Part shown: in pieces, positions 20,146-29,614 of the stretch | Layout: each line of letters begins with the position of its first letter | How positions within the stretch are numbered: the first letter of the stretch is position 1 | From: a virus | IMG/VR virus record: IMGVR_UViG_3300017774_006254 | Span: 97,503 to 161,502 of that record | Strand: one strand, 5' to 3' | DNA: 64,000 nt | Program-made: the position numbers and the translations under genes | The notes under the pieces: model-generated | What the model was told of the DNA's origin: nothing | The model's database searches: none | What the model saw: the letters and a program-made list of their open reading frames with translations, nothing else

Positions 20146-20700
20146 ATGAATGTTTCAAAACGTGATCTTTTCTCGATGAGTTCGCAGCAGGCGGCGGCCG
20201 GTCGTCAGGCCTGGACGAAGGCTGGTCAGAAGGGCCGATTGGCAAGCTCGTCGTTTGATGCCGAGGCTATGGCTCCGAAGACTTGGATCATCTGGGTCGG
20301 ACCCAAGGGTGATGAGATCGCGACGATTGAATGCGAGCTGTACGCCGTGCCACGTGCCAGCAATGCGAACGAGCAGATCGGTATGCTGATTGGCATGTGC
20401 CCCCGGTGTGGCGAGAACTTCACGGTCCGCGAGGACAACAAGGGCATGACGTGCGAGCGCGTGTCTTTCCGCAAAGCGCCCAAGCACCTGAAGATCAACT
20501 GGCAGTTCCATTGCAAGAACGTGCTGATGAAGCCGGTGATGGACGACGATCAGATCCCTGTCATCAGCAGTCCCGAGCGCTGGGCCTGTGACTACTGCAA
20601 GGGCTGGTGTGTGCGAGTGAGCGGGGGCATTGCTACAACGGATATGACCGGAGTCACGCAGTTCTCAGTATCGGGCAACACGCCCATCATCGGAAGGTAG
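20146..20700 (+). CDS. Zn-binding hypothetical protein
   Basis: CPRCG and CDYCKGWC. Confidence 0.7.
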   Translation: MNVSKRDLFSMSSQQAAAGRQAWTKAGQKGRLASSSFDAEAMAPKTWIIWVGPKGDEIATIECELYAVPRASNANEQIGMLIGMCPRCGENFTVREDNKGMTCERVSFRKAPKHLKINWQFHCKNVLMKPVMDDDQIPVISSPERWACDYCKGWCVRVSGGIATTDMTGVTQFSVSGNTPIIGR

Positions 20701-20702
20701 CT

Positions 20703-21053
20703 ATGTCGTATCACTTGGGCCCGAGTCCAATTCCGCAACCACTGGTGCGGCCGAGGTACACGGCCCCACAGCCTGTGTACGAGTTCCTGCCGCTGGCACA
20801 AGTTCCTTCTCAGCCCACAGGGCTGGTTCTGGACGCGACCACGAAGCGCGTTCTCATTGCGGTAGGGCTGTTCTTGCTCGCCGTGGTGCTCTTCTACGTG
20901 TTCCGAGGTAAGCCGCTTGCGAAGAACCATCGCCCAATCAAGCGGGCCTCGACGCCAGAACTTGCGAAGAATTTGTACGACCGACTTGAGCGACGCGGGG
21001 GCGCGAACGAGGCGACGATGCGAAGTCTCAAAGCGTACTCAAGAAAGAAGTAG
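20703..21053 (+). CDS. TM protein with basic C-terminus (probable virion protein)
   Basis: MSYHLG start, TM, LAKNHRP. Confidence 0.7.
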   Translation: MSYHLGPSPIPQPLVRPRYTAPQPVYEFLPLAQVPSQPTGLVLDATTKRVLIAVGLFLLAVVLFYVFRGKPLAKNHRPIKRASTPELAKNLYDRLERRGGANEATMRSLKAYSRKK

Positions 21054-21070
21054 TCTGTCGTAAGAACCAG

Positions 21071-21100
21071 TTGACACGAGTGTCAGACAGGTGGTACTTC
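21071..21100 (+). promoter_or_regulatory. Sigma70-like promoter containing a TGTCAGACA palindrome
   Basis: TTGACA (21071) then TGGTACTTC, 18-bp spacer. Confidence 0.5.
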
Positions 21101-21104
21101 TGAC

Positions 21105-21741
21105 GCTCGATGATCGCTGATTCAGTACGCAGAGCCGCAGAGTACGTCGTCATGTTTTGTGGCGCGGCGAGCCTGTTCAGCGATACAGCTTTTCAAGTAG
21201 CGCTGGTTGCCGCGGTAGCTTTGATTGCGTTCGATACGCTAGATCGCGTCAAAACATGAAGGCGCTCACAAGCATCGCAGCGACGTACGCCGCACGCCCG
21301 GACGAGCAAGTTGTGTCCGATGTGCTGGGTGGCGTTGTCATGTCTGTGACGGCACTGCTTCTGTTCTTCTGGGAGACCTTCTGGCAGTGGCTAACAAAGG
21401 ATCTCCGGACAGGTGAAACCAAGCGGAAGCGGCGTAAAGCGAGCCGCGTCTTCTTCGGCTGCCATTCTTGCAAGGTGGTAGCCAAGTACGCTCTCTCGGA
21501 TGGTCCGAAGGTGAGCATTGCGAACTCAGGACTGATCGACCATTTCCACCGGCGATCAATAATCATCGCATGGAGAACGAGTGCTACAGGTCTTAGTAGC
21601 ATGCGGGTGGCGCCCGCAGTTCAGCGGATCTGATACCAGGATGCGCGTAATTCGCGGCTGGGCAGAGTCATTAGTCAGGTAAGCGAATGAGAACCCGCAA
21701 ACTAACCAGGGCGGGCAAGTAGTGTATCCTGACCTGCCACT
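21105..21741 (+). ncRNA. Candidate large structured ncRNA (possibly GOLLD-like)
   Basis: Perfect 10-bp helix 21150-21159/21250-21259, many hairpins, some with GNRA-type loops; lies between a promoter and the tmRNA. Confidence 0.5.
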
Positions 21742-21743
21742 AT

Positions 21744-22109
21744 GGGCGTGAAAGGTGTCGACGGAGTGACTGGAGACCGTGTTGCGTGCAGGGGTTGATC
21801 GGCTGGCCCCTATATCAAGCCGATCATCGTAGATGCGAACGAAAGCAACTACGCTCGCGCCGCGCAAGCAGCCTGAGCCGTTTGGTGAAGTAGGCGGCGG
21901 ACTTCATCGGGCGTCATTTAGCCGAGGCAAGCTTGTTTTGTATCCTCAGGATTCAAGCCCAAGGCTGTTCATCTGAAGATTGGTGGAGGAGTGACCGTCA
22001 CTCCCGACCGGGCCGCACCAGCTGAGAGCGGTACTCTCGAACAGGTGATACGCACGTAGACGCACGGAATTTGGCATTTCGGACCCGGGTTCGACTCCCG
22101 GCACGTCCA
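21744..22109 (+). ncRNA. ssrA: tmRNA
   Basis: Acceptor GGGCGTG/CACGTCC-A with G3.U70, T arm CCGGGTTCGACTCCCGG, tag ORF 21835-21876 ANESNYARAAQAA*. Confidence 0.95.
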
Positions 22110-22110
22110 T

Positions 22111-22140
22111 CGCCACCTGGAAACGGGTGGCGTTTTCTTT
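22111..22140 (+). terminator. Intrinsic terminator
   Basis: CGCCACCTG-GAAA-CGGGTGGCG followed by TTTTCTTT. Confidence 0.85.
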
Positions 22141-22145
22141 GGCCG

Positions 22146-22193
22146 TTGACACCTGTCTGACATGCGCGTAGCGTGTCGGACATATGTCAGACA
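22146..22193 (+). promoter_or_regulatory. Sigma70-like promoter overlapped by three TGTCnGACA palindromes
   Basis: TTGACA-17 bp-TAGCGT; palindromes at 22154, 22174, 22185. Confidence 0.65.
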
Positions 22194-23539
22194 ATTCTGA
22201 AGCGAACGCCTACGCGCCTCATTCCGATGTGACCATCAAGGAGATGGGGGAGGACTTCAAGAGGAGTCCGATCCGCAACTACGTTGCGCCGCCTGCCCCC
22301 GGATACGACGTGCATGGTCTTTGGTCCTGCTTCGGCTCTCAGCACCGCTCGGGCTACGCAACTCACGCGATGGCACTTCATTGGATGCTGTCGAAGGAGC
22401 TTAGTATTCCGACGCAGCTGACTCCACATCGCACGATGGACGTCGACATCGAGAGGTTCCCAGCGGACAGAGAGCAGGTGCTGTTCGAGTGGCACAAGGA
22501 GGCTGTCGGCATCCCTCACGCGCTGTTCGTCAGCTTCCCGCTGGAAGTGGCTGCGGAGATGGAAGAGGCGGCGGGCGCTGTCGTTCCGTACTGCGCGTTC
22601 GAAGGCGACCGTGTGAGCAAGTACGCTCGGGACCTTGCTGAAGGTCCAATCTTCAAGAAGGTCTGGGTTGTCAGCGACTTCGTGAAGCAATCCTTGCTGG
22701 CGGCGGGCGTTCAGTCAGACCGTGTCGACGTGGTGCGACCGATGCTCACGGATGGCTTCTGGTCGATGACCGACATCGACAAGCTCCGGACGAGTCGCGA
22801 TCGACCGGTGACCGCCCAGGACCCTTTCGTGTTCGGCGTCATGGGCACGTGGCAGAAGCGCAAGGGCATGCTGGATTTGGTCCGCGCGTACTATTCGTCG
22901 TTTCGACGCGAAGAGCATGTCGAGCTGGTCATTCGCACCAGCTCCATCGCGAGCAATGTCACGATTCGTCGACTGAAGGAACAGATCACAGCGGATCTTG
23001 CTGCGGTTGCTGCGGAGTTTGGCGATCACAACTTCCCGCATGGGCACAGGCAACCTCGTCTTCGTCTTGAACTCGGCACAGACCTGACGGACCAGCAGGT
23101 GATCGAGTGGCTCGGTACGCTCGACTGCTACGTGACGCCTTCGTACGGAGAAGGTCTTGGTATCCCGCAGGTCTGGGCGAAGGCACAGGGCGTCCCGATG
23201 GTTGCCAGTTCATTCGGCGCGGTCGGCGATCTGCTCACAGAGATTGCAATCGCGAACGGAGGGACCGTCGACGAGATGTTCCCGCATGAACTCGTGCCGG
23301 TTGACCCAGAGATCCTCAGGCTTGGCTTGATGTTCGAGCGGTCGACGCAATGGGGCGGGTACAGGGTGCCAGACCTCGCACAGCACATGCGCTCTGCGAT
23401 GAACGCCGGAAGGATCACGGATGTTGCCGGTGCGATGTACGTGAGGCATGCGTTCGGGAAGGACACGCTTGTTCCGCTCCAGACTGCGCTCGCGAAGGTC
23501 ATCCCGAGCAAGATGTCAGAGGAGTGGTTCGAAAAATGA
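22184..23539 (+). CDS. GT-B (GT4-like) glycosyltransferase
   Basis: SGYATHA, GTWQKRKG, PSYGEGLGIP. Confidence 0.85.
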   Translation: MSDNSEANAYAPHSDVTIKEMGEDFKRSPIRNYVAPPAPGYDVHGLWSCFGSQHRSGYATHAMALHWMLSKELSIPTQLTPHRTMDVDIERFPADREQVLFEWHKEAVGIPHALFVSFPLEVAAEMEEAAGAVVPYCAFEGDRVSKYARDLAEGPIFKKVWVVSDFVKQSLLAAGVQSDRVDVVRPMLTDGFWSMTDIDKLRTSRDRPVTAQDPFVFGVMGTWQKRKGMLDLVRAYYSSFRREEHVELVIRTSSIASNVTIRRLKEQITADLAAVAAEFGDHNFPHGHRQPRLRLELGTDLTDQQVIEWLGTLDCYVTPSYGEGLGIPQVWAKAQGVPMVASSFGAVGDLLTEIAIANGGTVDEMFPHELVPVDPEILRLGLMFERSTQWGGYRVPDLAQHMRSAMNAGRITDVAGAMYVRHAFGKDTLVPLQTALAKVIPSKMSEEWFEK

Positions 23540-24597
23540 TTTCTGTCGTCGGTCACTTTGGCACCCTGTACTCGTACTCGACTGTTGCAGGGAACATCGC
23601 GGAAGCCCTGCGCGCTGAAGGCATGCTGGCAAACTGCCAGAACCTCGATGAAAGATGGCACCCACGATGGGCAGCGCTCTCCGAGGTGAAGGGGGAGCCG
23701 ACACACGGCCTGCTCGTCTCCGCGCCTAACCATTACGTTGACGTGTTCGCGAGCATGTTCGGCCGCGATCGCGCGGCGATCTTCGTGAGCCCGAACACAG
23801 ACGCGCTGGCGGACGAGCACGCTCAGACCATCAGCCTGTTCGGGCTTGTGATCGCGCCTTCGAGGTTCTGTGCGAACGCGGTGGCGCGGCAGTGCACAGT
23901 CGACAGCGTGTCCGTCTTGCCGCTCGGGACGCCCCTCGTCCTGGAGAAGTCTTTCGAGCGCATTGAGCGCATCCACGCTGAAGGGCCTAGCACGCGACCA
24001 CGCGTGCTTCACTTCACGTCGGACCAGGCGTGGCCATCCCGCAAGGGCACGGAGACTCTGCTGGCTGCGTGGGCGGCTCTGTGTCCGCGGGCTGACCTGA
24101 CGGTCCACGGACCGCCTTCTTTGCGCAAGGAAGCGCTCTACGCCATCGCAGACCTTGGCATCGATGAAAGCGTCACGTACGAGACGTCTGGTCGGTACGG
24201 GTCTTCTGATGATGAGCTGTCGAGCTTGTTCGCGTCAGCAGATCTCATCGTCGCCCCATCGCGTTCTGAGGGATACGGGATGATGATTGCTACGGCTGTC
24301 GACTACGGGATTCCGCTTTTGACCACGTACAACACAGGTCACGCGGAGTTCCTTCGGTCTTACGCAGGAGCGTGGTTGCAGATTCCGACGCCGAACGCCG
24401 GTCCAATCGCCTACGAGTGGGGCCAAGCTCCCCTTCTTGAGGCGGAGACTCTTGCGGCGGCACTTCGAGTCGCGTTGATGCCGAGCGTGCGAATGAGCAT
24501 GATCGTCGACGTGGCAAGTCCTGTTGAGCCCGCGGTGGGTTCTTGGAAATGGGCGTCTGCCCAATGGGTCGAACGCCTGAAAGAGTGGATGGCATGA
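23536..24597 (+). CDS. GT-B (GT4-like) glycosyltransferase
   Basis: RKGTETLL, PSRSEGYGM, GIPLL. Confidence 0.82.
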   Translation: MISVVGHFGTLYSYSTVAGNIAEALRAEGMLANCQNLDERWHPRWAALSEVKGEPTHGLLVSAPNHYVDVFASMFGRDRAAIFVSPNTDALADEHAQTISLFGLVIAPSRFCANAVARQCTVDSVSVLPLGTPLVLEKSFERIERIHAEGPSTRPRVLHFTSDQAWPSRKGTETLLAAWAALCPRADLTVHGPPSLRKEALYAIADLGIDESVTYETSGRYGSSDDELSSLFASADLIVAPSRSEGYGMMIATAVDYGIPLLTTYNTGHAEFLRSYAGAWLQIPTPNAGPIAYEWGQAPLLEAETLAAALRVALMPSVRMSMIVDVASPVEPAVGSWKWASAQWVERLKEWMA

Positions 24598-24893
24598 GCA
24601 GCAAGAAACCAGTTCTGAAGCACCTCAACGGCGAGGGGCCTGTTGAGATTTTGACTCGCACCATGGACTTCAACATCCAGCAGATGGAAAGCCCTGACGG
24701 GAAGAGGGTGGACCTTCCCGCGAACACTCTCGTCGCGTTCACAGCTCAACGGTTCCGTGAGCTTGGCGACACTGACGAGTGGGAGTTCACTACGGTCAAC
24801 GTGGCCCCGTCTGGTGCTTCGGTGACGAGCTACGTCTACCTCTCCGGCGTGGACATCTTCATGGTGCGGGCAGCCGCCCGAGTGGCACTCTGA
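24594..24893 (+). CDS. Hypothetical protein
   Basis: Coupled ORF, ATG at 24594. Confidence 0.6.
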   Translation: MSSKKPVLKHLNGEGPVEILTRTMDFNIQQMESPDGKRVDLPANTLVAFTAQRFRELGDTDEWEFTTVNVAPSGASVTSYVYLSGVDIFMVRAAARVAL

Positions 24894-25105
24894 TGTCGTC
24901 GCGCGAAACGCAGAGCGCACGACTTTCGTTTCGTGCGACCACGCAGAACATGGCGAAGCTCATCGCTGTCGCAAAAGCGAAGGCGATGACGACGGCGAAA
25001 GGCCTACCGAACGTATCGGCGGCCATGAACTTCCTCATCGAGGAATTTGATATCACTACGCTGGCTCGACGGAAGCCGAAGAAGAAGGAGAAGTCTGATG
25101 TCTGA
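24893..25105 (+). CDS. Small ribbon-helix-helix-like protein
   Basis: RLSFRAT strand followed by two helices (NVSAAMNFLIEE). Confidence 0.45.
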   Translation: MSSRETQSARLSFRATTQNMAKLIAVAKAKAMTTAKGLPNVSAAMNFLIEEFDITTLARRKPKKKEKSDV

Positions 25106-25607
25106 TGACAATTTGTTTGGTGTGCCGGACTTCAAGCCCGATGCTGTTGCGGGCACCGCTTTGACGCTGTCGAATGCTGTCGAAGCGCGTGCTCTTGTTC
25201 GGCGCATGTCTGGCGAGGAGGATCCCACTCGATGCCATTTTCACTGCGTCATGTGTGGATGGTCCAAGACGCTTCACTTCGACGAAGAAGAGCGAGCCGC
25301 GGTCGGAGATGTCCGCTCGTACACGGGTCCTTGTCCTGACTGCAATTCCATGACGCTTCAGCCGTTCGACACGATCGCCAATGGCGCGTTCAAGTCGATC
25401 CATGAGATGGCCAGCGACAACCGCAAGAAGGACTACAGCGAGGCCGCGGACGTCTTCATTGATCGGGTGACAGATCGGTTCGGCGGCAGCATCGCAAGCA
25501 TGGCGCCCAAGGACCCTGTGGCGTCAGGTGGAACGACACGAGACCAGTTTCCCGACGCCGACATGAGCGACACTTCTGTGGGCGCCACACGCACGAAGCA
25601 GGAGTAG
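25098..25607 (+). CDS. Zn-ribbon protein
   Basis: CVMCG...CPDCN. Confidence 0.65.
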   Translation: MSDDNLFGVPDFKPDAVAGTALTLSNAVEARALVRRMSGEEDPTRCHFHCVMCGWSKTLHFDEEERAAVGDVRSYTGPCPDCNSMTLQPFDTIANGAFKSIHEMASDNRKKDYSEAADVFIDRVTDRFGGSIASMAPKDPVASGGTTRDQFPDADMSDTSVGATRTKQE

Positions 25608-25609
25608 TC

Positions 25610-26833
25610 ATGGAGCACCGTTTTCAGCACATCGATGGTTGGTTCGACTTTGACGACATCTACAGCGAGGCCGTGGCCTCAGTGGACGGCGCAGCGGTGT
25701 TCGTCGAGGTCGGCTCTTGGCTCGGCCGTTCAGCGGCCTTCATGGGCGTGGAGATCGTGAATTCCGAGAAGCCCATCTCGTTCTTCTGCGTGGATACGTG
25801 GAAGGGATCCGTTACCGAGAAGTATCACCAGGACATGGTCGCTGCGAATGGAGGGTCGCTTCGATCTTTGTTCGAGAAGAACGTCGAAGGACTTCCCGTG
25901 ATGTCTCTCGAAGGCGACTCCGCTGAGTCCGCTTCGACGTTTGATGACGAGTCGGTTGACTTCGTCTTCATCGATGCAGCTCACGACTTCGAATCGGTGA
26001 GCCGAGACATTCGAGCGTGGTATCCGAAGGTGAAGCCAGGCGGCGTCATCGCGGGACACGACATCGGCTGGAGCGGGCTCTTTGCCGCAGTGCAAAGCGC
26101 CATCCCGGCGAAGGAGATTGAGCAGCGGCGTTCGAGCTGGTGGCACCGGAAGCCGCTTGCTGTGGAACCAAAGCTTCCAGAGCCGCTCGACTTCCAGAGC
26201 GCCGATGCGGTCGTCTGCATCCCATGGGTGAACCGAGAAGACCTCCTGGAGAAGGCGATCTCGTCTGTCCCCTCGTGGCTGCGCGTTGTGGTCATCGATC
26301 ACGGCCAGGACATGTCCATTTCACTTCCCAGCGGAGTGACCCGCTTGAGCACGGCAACGCGGCTCAAGTTCACACAGGTTCAGAATCTCATGCTGCGCCT
26401 CGCCGCAACGAATGGGATCAAGCACCTGTTCTTCATGCACTCGGACGCTTCGTGCTCGACGGACGTCTTCGACAGGCTCAGTGAGGCGGCGCGAGCAAAC
26501 GACGACTGGGGCGTCATCTTCACCCACTACGACGTGCTGGCGGCGTTCCATGTGCCGAACCTGCTATCGCGCGTCGGTGTCTGGGACGAGACGTTCGAGT
26601 GGTATCGAGCTGACTGCGACTACTACAGGCGCGTGCGCCTCGCAGGCCTTGCCACGGCCGACACAGGCCTGGTCGTTCACCATGCACCGTCGTCGACCAT
26701 CGGCGCCGATCCCGCGGAGAAGGCGCACGTGGACGCCGTCGCTGAGTGGCACAAGCTTCACTACCTCCACAAGTGGGGCGGAGAGGACGGGGGAGAGAAG
26801 TTCTCCGTCCCGTACAATCAGAGCGGAAAGTAG
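25610..26833 (+). CDS. Class I SAM methyltransferase fused to a GT2-like domain
   Basis: VEVGSWLGRS, VFIDAAH, GGVIAGHD; C-terminal FMHSD, GVWDETF, DCDYYRR. Confidence 0.85.
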   Translation: MEHRFQHIDGWFDFDDIYSEAVASVDGAAVFVEVGSWLGRSAAFMGVEIVNSEKPISFFCVDTWKGSVTEKYHQDMVAANGGSLRSLFEKNVEGLPVMSLEGDSAESASTFDDESVDFVFIDAAHDFESVSRDIRAWYPKVKPGGVIAGHDIGWSGLFAAVQSAIPAKEIEQRRSSWWHRKPLAVEPKLPEPLDFQSADAVVCIPWVNREDLLEKAISSVPSWLRVVVIDHGQDMSISLPSGVTRLSTATRLKFTQVQNLMLRLAATNGIKHLFFMHSDASCSTDVFDRLSEAARANDDWGVIFTHYDVLAAFHVPNLLSRVGVWDETFEWYRADCDYYRRVRLAGLATADTGLVVHHAPSSTIGADPAEKAHVDAVAEWHKLHYLHKWGGEDGGEKFSVPYNQSGK

Positions 26834-26834
26834 C

Positions 26835-27152
26835 TCAAGCGCGGTGTGTGGCCGTCCACACGTAGTTCGCGACCCAGCAAATCGCAGCCCCTGCAAAAGC
26901 CCCCATCAGCGGGGCTTTTTTGCTGCCTCCAGCAGCCATGGACCCCACCGCGCCCGCGATGGCACCGCCCACAACAGCCGCCTGTGTCCCCGCGTTCATC
27001 GCGCCAACGAGACGAGTCCGGAAGGCATTGCTGACGGCGGTCGGGTCGCACATGGATGACGTGAGAACCTGGCCCATGCCCACATGGCGCAGGTTGGCCT
27101 TCATGTCTCGGATCATCCACTCGGGAACGTCTGTTTTTGACTTGTAGCTCAT
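26835..27152 (-). CDS. Small glycine-zipper TM protein (probable virion protein)
   Basis: MSY start, MKAN, VGMGQ, two GxxxG-rich helices. Confidence 0.68.
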   Translation of the reverse strand: MSYKSKTDVPEWMIRDMKANLRHVGMGQVLTSSMCDPTAVSNAFRTRLVGAMNAGTQAAVVGGAIAGAVGSMAAGGSKKAPLMGAFAGAAICWVANYVWTATHRA

Positions 27153-27206
27153 GCAGGAAGCTTAGCCCCTTGGCGCCCGAGAGGCGACGGAGTAGTCTGT
27201 CCGACA

Positions 27207-27980
27207 ATGGTCAGACAACAGCACCGGTTCTACGACTCCGATGGCCCTGGAACGCTCACGCGCGTCCTGAACGAACCCCATCACCGCATTGGACACGTGC
27301 TTCTGAGGCAGCGGGATGCCGCTCGTGCGCTTGGCATACACAATCCTCGCAGCCAGCGCTTAGGGAGGGGATCGTTTGGCTCTGCGTACGAGGTGGACAT
27401 CATTCCTGGTGTTCGTTCCGTGATCAAATTCACGCGCGACCCCTCGGAGGCATTGGCCTCAGCATTCCTCTGCGGCAAGAGCGACCCGCGCGTGGTCGAC
27501 ATCTACCGCACCTGGTCTCTGAACTGGACGCACGAGCGGAACCTTCGTGGCTGGTACGTCGTGCATCGAGCGTATCTCCACAACCTCTCGAAGCGCGACA
27601 CGGACCTCGTCGAAGTCTTGTGGCGCCTCTACAACGACATGGAGATCGACCTGAAGTTCCCCCGAGCGAACAACAGGGCGATGATCGACAAGTGGCTCAA
27701 CTACGTCCGCGAAGAACTGGAGGAGATGCAGGCGTACACGAAGACGAACGTCTCACGCACCATGTCGCTGCTCATGGAGGTCAGCCAGTGCGTGCACGCG
27801 ATGCATCGACTTGGCATCGACTGGGAGGACATTCATCCGGGCAACATGATGCGACGTGACGACGGCACCATGGCGATTGGCGATGTTGGTTTTGGGCTTC
27901 TGCACAATCCTGTGGAGGCGCATGTCGACAACCTCACGACAGACCTGGCGATTGATTACATGGAGAGCCTTCGGCCATGA
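27207..27980 (+). CDS. Protein-kinase-like protein
   Basis: LGRGSFGSAY, VIKFT, DIHPGN, IGDVG. Confidence 0.8.
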   Translation: MVRQQHRFYDSDGPGTLTRVLNEPHHRIGHVLLRQRDAARALGIHNPRSQRLGRGSFGSAYEVDIIPGVRSVIKFTRDPSEALASAFLCGKSDPRVVDIYRTWSLNWTHERNLRGWYVVHRAYLHNLSKRDTDLVEVLWRLYNDMEIDLKFPRANNRAMIDKWLNYVREELEEMQAYTKTNVSRTMSLLMEVSQCVHAMHRLGIDWEDIHPGNMMRRDDGTMAIGDVGFGLLHNPVEAHVDNLTTDLAIDYMESLRP

Positions 27981-28204
27981 GCACCCCGGTTCGCCCTCCA
28001 GAGTGGTGGGCAGTGTACGGCGCGGTCTGGGCTCTCATGAGGCGCTCCGGGCCCACGGAAACGAAACAACTGCCCGACCGAACGTTCGTGACCAGCGTCG
28101 TACCGCGCAGCGCGCTTGCCGCCATGTGCGCGCAAGAAGCTGACGAGGCTATGAAGGCGTGGGAGGAGCACAACAACCCCGCACCGAAGGCCGTTGACTA
28201 CTAG
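27977..28204 (+). CDS. Hypothetical protein
   Basis: Coupled 75-aa ORF. Confidence 0.55.
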   Translation: MSTPVRPPEWWAVYGAVWALMRRSGPTETKQLPDRTFVTSVVPRSALAAMCAQEADEAMKAWEEHNNPAPKAVDY

Positions 28205-28405
28205 CTCAGAACGAAGTACCAAGTACGTTGCTGAGGAAGACTACAGGTCAGCGCGGGTTCGTTGTTTGTCCCAAGACCTTGCCCACGAGGATGACGCTTT
28301 ATGCGTGGGATACGATTGCGGCGTATTAGCGGAAGACTGTGACATCCGTACCGCAAGGTCACATGGCAGGCCGGAAAGACGGTCACTACTCACCTGGAGA
28401 CGAGC

Positions 28406-28669
28406 GTGGCAAGTCCACCCTGCTGGAAGTGTGGAAAGTGTAACCGGAAGTCCGACTTCGTGTCTGGATTCTGGGTGGCTCGGCACGGGAAGCCGACTCC
28501 CACCGGCAGGATCGAGAAGAAGTGGCTTGGTACCCGTGGTTACAACCGCCATCCAGCCACTGTGGTCGAGTACAAGTGCGGCGAGTGCGGACACGTTGGC
28601 TGGAGCAAGCTCGGGCAAGCCTTGCGCAAGTTCCGCGAAGTGTTTCCGGAGAAGGAGATTCTCACATGA
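28406..28669 (+). CDS. Zn-ribbon protein
   Basis: CWKCGKC...CGECG. Confidence 0.6.
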   Translation: MASPPCWKCGKCNRKSDFVSGFWVARHGKPTPTGRIEKKWLGTRGYNRHPATVVEYKCGECGHVGWSKLGQALRKFREVFPEKEILT

Positions 28670-28962
28670 ATGCGTACAAAGACGGGCCGTGTTCCTTTTG
28701 CGAGCCAGGCGAGCAGCGAAGCACATGCAGTGTGTGCGCGGGGACGGGCCTGAACGTGCCATCGCTTCAGTTCTTCGTGACGGGTCACCTGAAGCCAGAA
28801 TTCAAGGAGATGGTTGAGAAGTTCCGTGATGTAGCGGTGTTCGTCGTTCAGAACTCCCCGAACAATCCCGAGCGCAGCCGTGCGCTCGGAAAGATTGTGG
28901 AAGCGAAGGACGCCGCGTGTCGTGCTCTGATCATGAAGACGCACGAGCGCCGAGCGCCGTAG
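28666..28962 (+). CDS. Zn finger plus helical hairpin (possible Acb2/Tad1-like sponge)
   Basis: CSFC..CSVC, then LQFF..HL....PERSRALGKIVEAKDAACRA. Confidence 0.45.
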   Translation: MNAYKDGPCSFCEPGEQRSTCSVCAGTGLNVPSLQFFVTGHLKPEFKEMVEKFRDVAVFVVQNSPNNPERSRALGKIVEAKDAACRALIMKTHERRAP

Positions 28963-29005
28963 CGGAAAGAGTGCGCTTCGAGGTTCCGCGCCATAGAATC
29001 AGACC

Positions 29006-29614
29006 ATGGCAATTGGAATCGCGGTCATCGCTCTCACCGTTCTTGCGTTCGCCGCCATGGGGATATGGATGGCGGTGCGGGGAACCAAACCTCAGCTACC
29101 CGCAGGTGACACGACCCTGCTCTCCGTGTTCAACGCGAAGCTTCATCTTGAGAGAGGCTTCTCCGTTGCGAACGTTGGAAACCTCATGCACGGGACCGGT
29201 CTCGACTGGGACGAGATGAAGACCGATGCGACAGCCGCTCTCCTTGAGGTTTCGAAGGCGTGGGGGGTGTACAGAGGCGTCTCGCCAGTCAAAGCGCTCG
29301 ACGGCGTCATCATCCTCGTGCTTGGAGACGTTCAGTGGAAGGAAGCGCTCGCCTCGAACAGCCTCCAGGACAACACGGTGGCCTTCCAGTCCTACGCAAC
29401 GCAGTCAGTCGGGACTGGCCCCCTCATGCTGTGCATCAAGGGCTCAGCGGGGCCAATAGGGGAGCTGGTCGTCCATGAAGCGGCGCACGCCCTGCTGACC
29501 GTCGCAAAAGCGAGCACGAGCGACAACAACCTGCATGAGGACCCCAACGTGTGGTCGGAAGGTGGCATCGAGCAGACGGCTGTGGCGCGTTTCAGGGAGC
29601 GAAGGGTCAGTTGA
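29006..29614 (+). CDS. Membrane-anchored zinc metallopeptidase-like protein
   Basis: N-terminal TM, VVHEAAH motif. Confidence 0.6.
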   Translation: MAIGIAVIALTVLAFAAMGIWMAVRGTKPQLPAGDTTLLSVFNAKLHLERGFSVANVGNLMHGTGLDWDEMKTDATAALLEVSKAWGVYRGVSPVKALDGVIILVLGDVQWKEALASNSLQDNTVAFQSYATQSVGTGPLMLCIKGSAGPIGELVVHEAAHALLTVAKASTSDNNLHEDPNVWSEGGIEQTAVARFRERRVS

